Source: a virus
Lineage: Duplodnaviria; Caudoviricetes
Strand: one strand, 5' to 3'
IMG/VR virus record: IMGVR_UViG_2974592485_000001
Location: 1 to 64,000 of that record
Length of the DNA: 64,000 bases
Positions 54,973-64,000 of this stretch are shown one piece after another. Made by a program: the position numbers and the translations under genes. Each line of letters opens with the position of its first letter. The stretch's first letter is position 1. The notes under the pieces are model-generated. The model had not been told where the DNA came from. It did no database searches and saw only the letters and a program-made list of their open reading frames with translations.

Positions 54973-56826
54973 ATGCAAAATAGGCTGCACAAAACCGCAA
55001 TCAACTGCAAAGAAATACTTGAAGAGACTGCTAATGATGAGCTGCTCTTTAATAACGCTAACAAACCTTCAGAACGTTTCTCTACTCAGAGGGATATGTT
55101 AGCAGGGGAAATAAATAAGTTTTTAGTTCTTGAGGAAATGCCTCACAACATTAAGATAGCACATGAAATCGGGGATATTCATTTTCACGATACTGATTAT
55201 GCTGCTCAAGGGTATACTAACTGCTGCCTTATAAATTTGGCAGATATGCTAGAAAAAGGTACTACAGTAGGTAATGCTGCTATAGAAAGCCCTAAGTCTA
55301 TTACTACTGCTGCTGCTATCACATCACAAATTATTGCTCAAGTAAGTTCCCACCAATATGGGGGGCAATCTATCGATAATATTGATATTGTCCTAGCCCC
55401 TTACGTTAGGCGTAGTTACGATAAGCACTTAGCTTTTGCTAGACGCTGGTTGAAAAATGAGGCTAAGGCTGCTGTTATGGCTACTGATATGACTGAGAAA
55501 GAGGTGTATGATGCCTGTCAAGCTTTGGAATACGAATGTAATTCCTTATATAACTCTAATGGGCAGACTCCGTTTGTTACCTTTGGATTTGGTTTAGGGG
55601 AAAGCTGGGAAGCCAGACTAGTACAGAGAGCCATACTAGAAGTTCGCATGACTGGTCTAGGAGCAGATAAACGCACGGCCATATTTCCTAAACTAGTATT
55701 CGCTCTTAAAAAGGGCTTGAATGCTGATGCAGGGGATCCAAATTACGATATTAAGCAACTGGCCATTAAATGTACGTCTGAACGAATCTATCCTGACTAT
55801 GTATTCTATGATAAAGTGGTAGAGGTTACAGGGGATTTTAAATTCCCTATGGGATGTAGATCTTTTCTAGGCTCTGTACCTTCTGGAGAGACGTCTGGTA
55901 GAAATAACCTTGGAGTTGTCACGGTCAACCTGCCGCGTATTGCTATAGAATCAGAAGGGGATGAGTATAGATTCTTTGAAATTCTAAAGGCTAGAGTAGA
56001 GCTTGCTATCCAAGCCCTCAACTGGAGAATAAAACGTCTAGAGCATGTTCAAGCTAAGGCTGCCCCTATCCTATATATGCATGGTGCGTTTGGTCTTAGA
56101 TTACCTCCTAATGAATATGTGCTAGATCACTTAAGAGATAGGGCTTCAGTGTCTCTAGGGTACATTGGCTGTAATGAAATGCTACAATTCATGTTTGGTA
56201 AGGATATAGACCCTTTATCGGACAAAGCTATCAGTTTTGTGTCTGGGGTTCTAGGGTATATGAAGTTTAGAGCTGAAGTGGAAAAAAGAGATACAGGTTT
56301 TGGGTTCTCTCTTTATGGCACTCCTTCTGAGTCCTTATGCGATAGGTTTAACCGTCTCGATAGGGAATGGTACCCAGAGCATGAGGATATTCTAGGTAAG
56401 GGATATTATACTAATTCGCACCACTTAGACGTAGAACGTAAAGTCTCCCCAAATACAAAGATAGATTATGAGAGCAATTTTACTATCTTAGCTACAGGGG
56501 GTTGTATCACTTATGTAGAGCTACCAGATATGAAGAAAAATCTTAAGGCTCTTGAGTGGGTTGTAGACTATGCTAGTACTAAGGTACACTATTTCGGAGC
56601 TAATAGCCCCATAGATTCCTGCTACGAGTGTGGGTTTTTAGGTGAAACAGTAGCTACCGAGAACGGATTCTCGTGTCCTCACTGTGGTAACCATAACCCT
56701 GAGACTATTGAAGTCACTAGGAGAGTTTCCGGGTACCTAGGTAACCCAGGAGCAAGACCTTTCAATCCTGGAAAACAGCACGAGGTCATGGGAAGGGTTA
56801 AGCACTCAGATATTCGAGCTAAGTAA
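54973..56826 (+). CDS. nrdD: anaerobic (class III) ribonucleotide reductase
   Basis: NANK, NCC, MGCRSFL, YYTNS, Zn finger, RRVSGYLG. Confidence 0.95.
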   Translation: MQNRLHKTAINCKEILEETANDELLFNNANKPSERFSTQRDMLAGEINKFLVLEEMPHNIKIAHEIGDIHFHDTDYAAQGYTNCCLINLADMLEKGTTVGNAAIESPKSITTAAAITSQIIAQVSSHQYGGQSIDNIDIVLAPYVRRSYDKHLAFARRWLKNEAKAAVMATDMTEKEVYDACQALEYECNSLYNSNGQTPFVTFGFGLGESWEARLVQRAILEVRMTGLGADKRTAIFPKLVFALKKGLNADAGDPNYDIKQLAIKCTSERIYPDYVFYDKVVEVTGDFKFPMGCRSFLGSVPSGETSGRNNLGVVTVNLPRIAIESEGDEYRFFEILKARVELAIQALNWRIKRLEHVQAKAAPILYMHGAFGLRLPPNEYVLDHLRDRASVSLGYIGCNEMLQFMFGKDIDPLSDKAISFVSGVLGYMKFRAEVEKRDTGFGFSLYGTPSESLCDRFNRLDREWYPEHEDILGKGYYTNSHHLDVERKVSPNTKIDYESNFTILATGGCITYVELPDMKKNLKALEWVVDYASTKVHYFGANSPIDSCYECGFLGETVATENGFSCPHCGNHNPETIEVTRRVSGYLGNPGARPFNPGKQHEVMGRVKHSDIRAK

Positions 56827-56832
56827 CCACAT

Positions 56833-56864
56833 AAGCCAAGTCAATTGACTTGGCTTTTATTTTA
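56833..56864 (+). terminator. rho-independent terminator
   Basis: AAGCCAAGTCA/TGACTTGGCTT followed by T tract. Confidence 0.8.
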
Positions 56865-56925
56865 TTTGCTAAATAGGTGTAATTTTGGTATAATAGCTTT
56901 ATTAAATTAATAAAGGAGATTTACC

Positions 56926-57291
56926 ATGACCTTACCTAAATATTTGGTTGTACATAGTTCAGGATACTCTCTAGGGGTTGCTGAGTATAATGATGCTTTA
57001 TTTGCCATTCTGGGCTGCCGTGATATTTATGCCAATCACAGCTATCCTAGTGTGGTGGCTGACTTTTTTGAAAATACTAGCAGTGAGTACTATGTTTGGA
57101 GTATGGATGGCTTTCTAGGGTGGGAAGATAAAGAAGTTACTGATACTCTAGAGCAGCAGCTTAAGTACATCGAAGAAAACTTCAAAGTATTTATACTCTG
57201 GACAGATGAAGAGGGTCATAACGGTGAGTATGAGAACATTACCAAGATGTTCTATAAATCTGCTAGGGAGCTGGTAACTGAATGTCTATAA
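56926..57291 (+). CDS. hypothetical protein
   Basis: 121 aa, AAGGAG RBS, own promoter. Confidence 0.75.
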   Translation: MTLPKYLVVHSSGYSLGVAEYNDALFAILGCRDIYANHSYPSVVADFFENTSSEYYVWSMDGFLGWEDKEVTDTLEQQLKYIEENFKVFILWTDEEGHNGEYENITKMFYKSARELVTECL

Positions 57292-57436
57292 AACGAGATA
57301 TTGAAGTACTAGAGGATCAACTTCAGTTTGGTAGAAAGCTAACCATACCAGAAACCTTTATGGTAATAGAGTTTTCAGATAAGCCCCATCTACGGGTTCA
57401 AGCTTTTGAACAGTATCGAGAAGGGAGGGTTAAGAG

Positions 57437-58237
57437 ATGCCAAGACGAGTGATATTTATCAGTGGAGCCGGTATTAGTGTGGAGAGTGGGATTAGAGCCT
57501 TCCGTGTAGATACTGATAGTGGACAAGCTATGTGGGACGAGTATTCACTAGATGAAGTCTGTGAGATTCAGGCATTTGAGAGAGGGTACTGGAACTATCA
57601 GGGGGAAAGCGATCCTGCAGGGTATGATAAAGATGGTGTGGATTTGTATACTAAAACACACCAGTTCTACGATAAGCGTCGCCAAGAACTAGAAACTGTG
57701 GAGCCTAATTTAGCACACATGCGTATTGCTGAGTGGGCCTTTCACTACCCAGGTCAGGTACTTAACATAACCACTAACGTTGATGATTTATTTGAACGTG
57801 CGGGTATAGACAGATCTGACATTGTTCACGTTCATGGCTATCTTCCGGAGGTTAAGACCGATCGTTCGGGCACCCTATTAGATGTGGGGTACAGTCCTTC
57901 CAACTTTGAGCAGTACGACTATTGCAAACCTAACGTTGTGTTCTTTGGGGAAGTTAGTGGGTACTATAAGGATATGTATAATATTCTGGATACCTTAACG
58001 GCTCAGGATATGGTTGTAGTTGTAGGTTGTAGTAACCAAGTTATTAACTTCAATTGGGAGATATTTCCTGCAATGAATTGGGGGGTTAAAATGGCTGTGG
58101 TTAACCCTAGAATTAACTACCTAGAAGAGCAGGAGTATGCTCAACGGGGTGTTGTAGTGTATAGGGCAGGGGCTGTAGAGACCTTTAGTAATATTAACTT
58201 TATCAGTATGATTGAGAGGCATCTAAATGGTGCTTGA
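57437..58237 (+). CDS. Sir2/sirtuin family NAD-dependent enzyme
   Basis: SGAGISVESGI..FR, PN.AH, T.NVDDL.ERAG, HVHG, PNVVFFGE, VGCS. Confidence 0.92.
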   Translation: MPRRVIFISGAGISVESGIRAFRVDTDSGQAMWDEYSLDEVCEIQAFERGYWNYQGESDPAGYDKDGVDLYTKTHQFYDKRRQELETVEPNLAHMRIAEWAFHYPGQVLNITTNVDDLFERAGIDRSDIVHVHGYLPEVKTDRSGTLLDVGYSPSNFEQYDYCKPNVVFFGEVSGYYKDMYNILDTLTAQDMVVVVGCSNQVINFNWEIFPAMNWGVKMAVVNPRINYLEEQEYAQRGVVVYRAGAVETFSNINFISMIERHLNGA

Positions 58238-58456
58238 TTTATCGCAGATTATACAGGACGCTACAGCAGCAATTATCTACTGCTTGATCCTAGTGTTTGT
58301 ACTACTACCTCTCATGCTGGTGGGCAGTATTTTACTACTATGTTTCGGATCGAAAGTTAAACTTAGTGAACGGCGTAATATCCCTGGACATTGATGCACT
58401 CAACTCAATATCCTATTAAATAGGTCACTACAAAACGTTAAATTATAGGAGAATGT

Positions 58457-58708
58457 ATGTTAAAGCGAATTGGTAAAGGTTTAGGTTCAATTGGATTGGG
58501 TATCTTCTTAGCCCTAATTATGGTAGGTGCAGGTTTGTGTAAGGGTATTCAACATATTTTTGTAGGAGATAAGCCCAGTAAAAAAGATTTTGGCAATTTT
58601 GCAGGGGTAACTATCCATACTACTAAAGATAGTGTAGGCAGTTGGTTCGTTCAAGTTGAGAAGGACGGTGAAAACGTCTACGAGGAAGAGGTTGCTACTA
58701 ATGCCTAA
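58457..58708 (+). CDS. membrane-anchored hypothetical protein
   Basis: 83 aa, AGGAG RBS. Confidence 0.7.
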   Translation: MLKRIGKGLGSIGLGIFLALIMVGAGLCKGIQHIFVGDKPSKKDFGNFAGVTIHTTKDSVGSWFVQVEKDGENVYEEEVATNA

Positions 58709-59099
58709 AATCTATAATGTGTGTTGGGATGCTGTCTACCCTTACCTAGTAGATGAAATGCTAGGAGTATTCGAATCAGTATTAGGCATGGCTAATCCTA
58801 GAGTCGTCCTTAACTCTTTTGGTGTTAGTGTAGGGATATCCCATGATCGAGATGGTTCTCACATATTTTCAGAGGTTATTGACTGGAATGCTCTATCAAA
58901 GATGGGGCTTATTGTTTATCTGAATAATAAGATTTTTCACCCGCAAGGGTTGGCTCTTGCTAGAGACCCTGAACTAGGCACTAGCCCTTACTTTCAGAAG
59001 GTAGACAATGATGTATGGGAGTATGATGACTATGCACTTGAAGAGGCAGAAGTTAAGCTTAAGCAGGCAGGCTTATTTCTCCCGCTAAATAGAAACTAA
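58701..59099 (+). CDS. T5-like hypothetical protein
   Basis: start MPKIY; DWN.LS..GLI..LN..IFHP.GLAL. Confidence 0.75.
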   Translation: MPKIYNVCWDAVYPYLVDEMLGVFESVLGMANPRVVLNSFGVSVGISHDRDGSHIFSEVIDWNALSKMGLIVYLNNKIFHPQGLALARDPELGTSPYFQKVDNDVWEYDDYALEEAEVKLKQAGLFLPLNRN

Positions 59100-59312
59100 G
59101 TGCCCAGACCCATAGACCAAGTCAAAATGACTTGGTCTTTTTCGTGTTTAAAGACCCTCCCAGTCCGAATATAAAAATTTTACTTGCAATTTATCTCCGG
59201 AGTTGTTATAATATTTGCATCAGTTGAGAGAACTTAGACAAGTTTTTTGATTTGTCTAATTTTTCTTTGCTAATAGGGATACGGAACAGTTCGGCTGCCC
59301 CATCGCCTTTTG

Positions 59313-59635
59313 ATTATTATACAGTAGTATATTTAGTCGTAAACAGAGCATTAGTTATCTACACCCCGTAGGGACTGCGAAAAGGCCAGAGTCCGAAACA
59401 ATCTAGCAATTAAGGTGATTGTGACGTGGAGCGGGAGGGGCTAATAAACCCTGAGAAGTGTTACTGAGTATATTCTTCACTTAGTCTGCGGTTAAGTCCG
59501 ACAGTAAGTGGGTGCGGGTGGGCTTAGCGGCCTCCTTAACCCTGCACTTGAGTATATATCGGTCAGTGTAGGACGATGAGGGAGTTGCCACCCCAAACGA
59601 TGCTTGATGCGGCTATTTATATTCTGTATAATAAT
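59313..59635 (+). ncRNA. ~320-nt structured leader/ncRNA upstream of the origin-binding protein gene
   Basis: 12-bp closing stem ATTATTATACAG/CTGTATAATAAT; promoter at 59184-59212. Confidence 0.55.
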
Positions 59636-59699
59636 TCTTCTTTCCTAGGAAAGTTGGGTTAAAGGAATATTTGTTGTAACTAACTAGAAGGAAGTGCGA

Positions 59700-62516
59700 A
59701 TGTTCTCTATATTGGAAGGACATGATAGTTTCTCCAGAGACCCCTCAACAGGTTTATGGAAAAGTACTAAGACGGCTGAGTACTCCTTTGCTAAGGAGTT
59801 TAGTCTAGAGCACCCTAATGGTAGGCCTTCGGCTCTACCATTTAAATTTAATGTAGTTGACGAAGTATACCCAGAAACTTTGGGTGATGCATATCGTCTT
59901 CTGAAAAGGCTCACTACGAACCCCCATGTTGTCGCTGTTAGGGGTAAATGTGTTGTGCCTAAGAAAGCCCTCCGTAGACGTAAACCTAACTTTGATGTAT
60001 CTGTTCCTAGTAGAATTATAGCTATGGACGTTGACGGCATTACCTTAAAAGAGGATATTCCGTTTTGGGACATTAATAGGTTAGCTAAACACGTTATCAA
60101 GATGCTTAATAGTATTAGTGAGGATATGTTCCCACTTAATGCAGGGTTTGTAGCTCATGCATCGTCTTCTGCTGGTCTTAAGCCAGGTATTCGTATGCAC
60201 TTGATGCTAGAAAGTAATATACCTGTAACTCAAGGGCAGCTAAAATTTTTATTTACTACTATTAATGACTCTAGTAAATTAAAGTATGGTGGTGAAATCG
60301 CCGACCTAGCCTATTACTCTTCTGTGCAGGCACACTATTTTGCAGACCCAATCTTTAAAGATGGTATTGTCGATCCGTTTATAGCGGAGAATAAATCACG
60401 TCTAGTATTTGTTAGGGGTGCAACGGTCAACTTACCTACTAATCTGCCTGACTTTGAAACTACTCGTGGAGAGTTTAAGGAAGAGTTTCTTTCCCTGTTA
60501 GACCAAGTAACAGGTATTACGGGTGCTACTGAGAAAGTAGAAGCAACTATTTCTGAGTTAGAGGAAGCTGACGATGGTGTATATCTACGTATTATACCTA
60601 AGCTTTACCACAGAGCTTTGGAAGACGGGGTAGACTTTGCTTGGCTAGAACGTGAGATAACTCCGGCTCTAAGTGAATATATTGCTACCAAGGATAACTC
60701 CAGAACTATTGTTGATTACTTCAATAATGGTCGTAGACAGGCGCTCAAAGCATTTGTTAATAATGCTAAACGCGAGATTCCTGAAAGTAACTTGAAAGGT
60801 ATTCCACTTAAGAAGTTATCTGCGGACATAGAACCGCATAACAACTACTTGAAAATGACAAAAGTACCACCGGAAGGCACACTTACTTTTGTAAAGGCTA
60901 GTCTTGGTACAGGTAAGACAACAGCTGTGGTTAAATGGTTAGAGGCTGGAGTACTTCCCGGAAAGTTCCTAGCTATCACAAATACTAGGGCATTGGTATC
61001 TTCAAACGCTAAAAAGTTTATGGCAGGGCAGTATAACCAGTCAGTGGACATGCTCAACTTTAAGAGGGGGGCGGAACAACGAATGTCCTCCACTATTCAC
61101 TCTATACATAAATTTAAATCATTTGTTGGTGAGATAGATACTATATTTATAGATGAATGTGACGCCGTTATGAATGACTTATTATTCTCCCCCGTTGTAA
61201 AACAGCGGAGAGAGTGTATCTCAGTGCTGAGAGATATTTTAATTAGCGCAAAACGTGTTATTCTGTCTGATGGGGATATCAGCGGGGAGACTATCGAAGC
61301 ATATGGTAGTTTGATAGACTTTGATAAACCTATTAACTATTATGTGCATCACCGTAAGATGTTAACAGGAGTACACGCCTACGAGTTTCCAGACGAAAAT
61401 AGTATCTGGGTAGCGTTACAAACTAGTCTAGAGCTAGGGGAGAAGTGCATTCTAGTATCAGACTGTGGCCCTGACGAGCTAAATGAAAAGGGTATGTCCC
61501 TGCGTAACAGTACTGATTGTATAGTTAAAGAAATTCACTCTAATTCAACCTCCGATGTGGATATTAGACGTATACTGGACTACACTAGTGAAGAACTAGT
61601 TGCACAACAAATTGATGCCTTACTATGTAGCCCTTCGGTAACTAGCGGAGTTGACTTTAACTACTTTGATAGTGTATTTGTTATAACAAGAACATCCAAT
61701 CAGGCGCCAAACATGCGCTTTCAGGCAATTAGGCGCGACCGTGGAGCTAAAAATATCTATTACTTCATAGATAAGTCTACTAGTGGTTTCTCCGCAGGAT
61801 CTGATCAGTATAATATAGATGAGGGCTGGTTTGAGTTTTCCCAGCAGCTTTACGCGAAGCGTAGGGAGCTGGAGTCTAAGAATTACATTAGTACTCTTAG
61901 ATACTATCTATTAGATCAAGGAGCATCTATAAACATCTTCAGTGAAAGTTGGGGCAATATTGATAGTGCATCAGCAGAGTACACAGAAGAACGTGTTAAA
62001 GCAATATTCCATAGCACCCCGGAATACTCTATGCCTAGGCATGCAGATGCATATGAAGCTAAATTGCTACTGATGCAGTATTACCATCTAGAGAAATTAT
62101 CAGACATAACTGAAGAACTTGTGCTACAGTTTATAACCGAAAAACCAGACCAAAGGGCAGCGTTTCTGCATAAGTTGCAGGATATATTCTGGCCTTCCAT
62201 ACTAAAGTGTAACAACGTTACTTTGTATCCTTTCATAGAGGCACTGCGTAACCATAAGAAAGACTTTTTTATTAGGACTGGACAGAGTGCTAATCCTAAG
62301 TATGCTAGAATGTACTTGGGTATGATGGGAATTAAATCAGACTTTAACTTTGATCAGGTAATAGACTGGTATAGAACCTATTGCAAGATAGAAGGAATAC
62401 CTGTTCCAGTCCAATTTATGACCAAGGAAGAGGTAGCTATGCATGAGGAGACCAGAGCAGAATTAGGGGCTAGAAATGGATCAGAGATGGAAAGTGCCGA
62501 AGAAAAAGAAAGCTAA
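59700..62516 (+). CDS. obp: replication origin-binding protein (SF2 helicase, N-terminal primase-like domain)
   Basis: KASLGTGKT Walker A, IDECD, Q..RR.R; T5 synteny before D2/D3. Confidence 0.88.
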   Translation: MFSILEGHDSFSRDPSTGLWKSTKTAEYSFAKEFSLEHPNGRPSALPFKFNVVDEVYPETLGDAYRLLKRLTTNPHVVAVRGKCVVPKKALRRRKPNFDVSVPSRIIAMDVDGITLKEDIPFWDINRLAKHVIKMLNSISEDMFPLNAGFVAHASSSAGLKPGIRMHLMLESNIPVTQGQLKFLFTTINDSSKLKYGGEIADLAYYSSVQAHYFADPIFKDGIVDPFIAENKSRLVFVRGATVNLPTNLPDFETTRGEFKEEFLSLLDQVTGITGATEKVEATISELEEADDGVYLRIIPKLYHRALEDGVDFAWLEREITPALSEYIATKDNSRTIVDYFNNGRRQALKAFVNNAKREIPESNLKGIPLKKLSADIEPHNNYLKMTKVPPEGTLTFVKASLGTGKTTAVVKWLEAGVLPGKFLAITNTRALVSSNAKKFMAGQYNQSVDMLNFKRGAEQRMSSTIHSIHKFKSFVGEIDTIFIDECDAVMNDLLFSPVVKQRRECISVLRDILISAKRVILSDGDISGETIEAYGSLIDFDKPINYYVHHRKMLTGVHAYEFPDENSIWVALQTSLELGEKCILVSDCGPDELNEKGMSLRNSTDCIVKEIHSNSTSDVDIRRILDYTSEELVAQQIDALLCSPSVTSGVDFNYFDSVFVITRTSNQAPNMRFQAIRRDRGAKNIYYFIDKSTSGFSAGSDQYNIDEGWFEFSQQLYAKRRELESKNYISTLRYYLLDQGASINIFSESWGNIDSASAEYTEERVKAIFHSTPEYSMPRHADAYEAKLLLMQYYHLEKLSDITEELVLQFITEKPDQRAAFLHKLQDIFWPSILKCNNVTLYPFIEALRNHKKDFFIRTGQSANPKYARMYLGMMGIKSDFNFDQVIDWYRTYCKIEGIPVPVQFMTKEEVAMHEETRAELGARNGSEMESAEEKES

Positions 62517-62700
62517 AATAAAGCCTAGAGACTCTGTAGAAATGTGCAGAGTCCTCCCAACACGACTAGCTAATATTAAAGGCAGTGTGGACTGGTTGAG
62601 GAAATATCCTCGCACTAAGTTAGGGGAAAATATATCTCATGACCTTAATAATCTATATAAGCAGTTAGCTGAACTGGTAAAGGATTCGGAGATTAAATAG
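62476..62700 (+). CDS. hypothetical protein
   Basis: 74-aa basic ORF. Confidence 0.7.
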   Translation: MDQRWKVPKKKKAKIKPRDSVEMCRVLPTRLANIKGSVDWLRKYPRTKLGENISHDLNNLYKQLAELVKDSEIK

Positions 62701-62761
62701 TATTTGCAAAGTAGCTGAGAATTTGATATAATGTATTTATAAATTGAATAAGGAATTAATT

Positions 62762-63460
62762 ATGTCAACTCGCAGAAAGAAAAGCATAAACGATATCAGT
62801 GATGAGGTGTTCAAAGCTGTTATTGCCCACCTAGAAAATGGAGGTACTAAAAAGGCAGCTTGTGAAATGCTATCCGTATCTTCTAATGCAACTATGGAAA
62901 GAATGGTTGAGGAGTGGAAAGACCTTCAGATTCTAACCGCAGAAATGAAGAAGAAAAAGAGAGGAACCCCAATTGAGGGGGTAGAACTTGCAAACATGAT
63001 TGAATCCTATTTGCAGGGGGACTCTTTTGAGGAGATAGCTACTAGAAACTATCGCTCTACTGCTATGGTTAAAGCAGTTCTAGAACGCAATGGTGCACTA
63101 CTACGTGTTCAGGGGTCTGTAGACCCACTTAATCCTCCAATGATTCCTGACGAGGCTGTATCAGAATCTTTTGAAGTAGGGGAACACGTATGGGTAGCAG
63201 GATACCAATGTATTGGTGAAGTAATGAAAGTAATGGATAACCCTGTGGGGGCTTACAGGGTATACCTGTTGAGCGAAAGTACTCAACAATACGTTCACGT
63301 AATGTTCTATGAGCTGGCTTCTGTTAAGCATCTAGAAGAGCTGGGAGTTAATATCAAGTCCCTAGGGTACAAATGGTCTAAGGAAGACTCCTACACCCTA
63401 CTCAATGCTGCTGTAGCGTCAGCTCTTAAACGGGAAAAGGGAGACAAGAATGCACGTTGA
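62762..63460 (+). CDS. D2: D2 protein
   Basis: HLENGGTKKAACEML; T5 synteny; start MSTRRKK. Confidence 0.85.
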   Translation: MSTRRKKSINDISDEVFKAVIAHLENGGTKKAACEMLSVSSNATMERMVEEWKDLQILTAEMKKKKRGTPIEGVELANMIESYLQGDSFEEIATRNYRSTAMVKAVLERNGALLRVQGSVDPLNPPMIPDEAVSESFEVGEHVWVAGYQCIGEVMKVMDNPVGAYRVYLLSESTQQYVHVMFYELASVKHLEELGVNIKSLGYKWSKEDSYTLLNAAVASALKREKGDKNAR

Positions 63461-63702
63461 AGAAATAGACATTGGGGTTAGCTCACGGCTTTTTAGTTAC
63501 AGATGACTTACCTAATTGTTGCTATAAATTGGAGTTACTCTACTGGTTAGTAGATCCTACTGAACTAGGGCTACATTTAACTGCCCTAGGGTGGGGGCTA
63601 TACACGCAGATGACTGACTGCTTAGTGCAAAATTTTAGTTGCTAAGTCTACAAACACTTGATATAATTATTGTATAAATTAATTACACAACCGAGGAAAT
63701 AA

Positions 63703-64000
63703 AATGTCAACACCTACCCAATGGACCGATGAACTGTTCTCCACTCTGGCTTCTGAATACACGTCTAAAATCACTGCGTATCCAGAAGATGAACGAGCTG
63801 GTGTGAGCATGGAGATTGTTAGTGAAGTAGCAAAAGCAGCAGGCGTTACCCCAAACGGCTTTCGTATTAAGCTTACCAATGCGGGTCTTTATATTAAGAA
63901 GGGAGCAGCATCTAAAGAAACTGCGACCAAGTCTGAGGCTAAATCTGGTGGAGCTAGAACATCCAAAGCAGATGCCCACAACGCACTGCGCTCAGCATTT
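63703..64000 (+). CDS. D3: D3 protein (runs off the window)
   Basis: MSTPTQWTDELF...GVTPNGFRIKLTNAGLYIKK; GAGG RBS. Confidence 0.8.

Noticed and set aside
50093-56826. Introns or inteins in nrdA, nrdB or nrdD
   Set aside because: All are contiguous ORFs of normal length.

Overview
Left-hand ~64 kb of a T5-like lytic siphovirus genome (Demerecviridae), probably with an enterobacterial host; the exact phage was not identified. (1) 1-~13.6 kb is the first-step-transfer/pre-early region: dmp, A1, A2 and small genes, plus two repeat-rich non-coding blocks (6.85-7.56 kb and 12.0-13.6 kb, injection-stop-signal-like). These blocks carry LexA-, DnaA-, Fur-, GntR- and sigma54-like sites. (2) ~14-27.9 kb holds leftward early genes: phosphatases, thioredoxin, endolysin, holin, ClpP-like protease, dNMP kinase and spanins. 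(3) ~28-43 kb is a tRNA region with 28 recognisable tRNAs (no Asp), at least 7 remodelled tRNA-like RNAs and several larger structured non-coding RNAs. (4) 43-59 kb holds a cell-wall hydrolase, exonuclease, rnh, thyA, dfr, nrdB/A, phoH, nrdD and Sir2. (5) 59.7-64 kb starts the replication block: origin-binding primase-helicase-like protein, D2 and a truncated D3. The best candidates for undescribed systems are: a protein gene followed by a stem-closed ~360-nt RNA carrying 12 heptamer repeats (44.2-45.2 kb); rrn-like boxA + processing-stem cassettes around pre-early genes (5.76-6.74 kb); a host-regulator operator array in the first-injected DNA; a ~870-nt RNA with an embedded tRNA-like module; and a ~500-nt RNA with tmRNA-like topology. 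All calls were made by eye, with no database searches.
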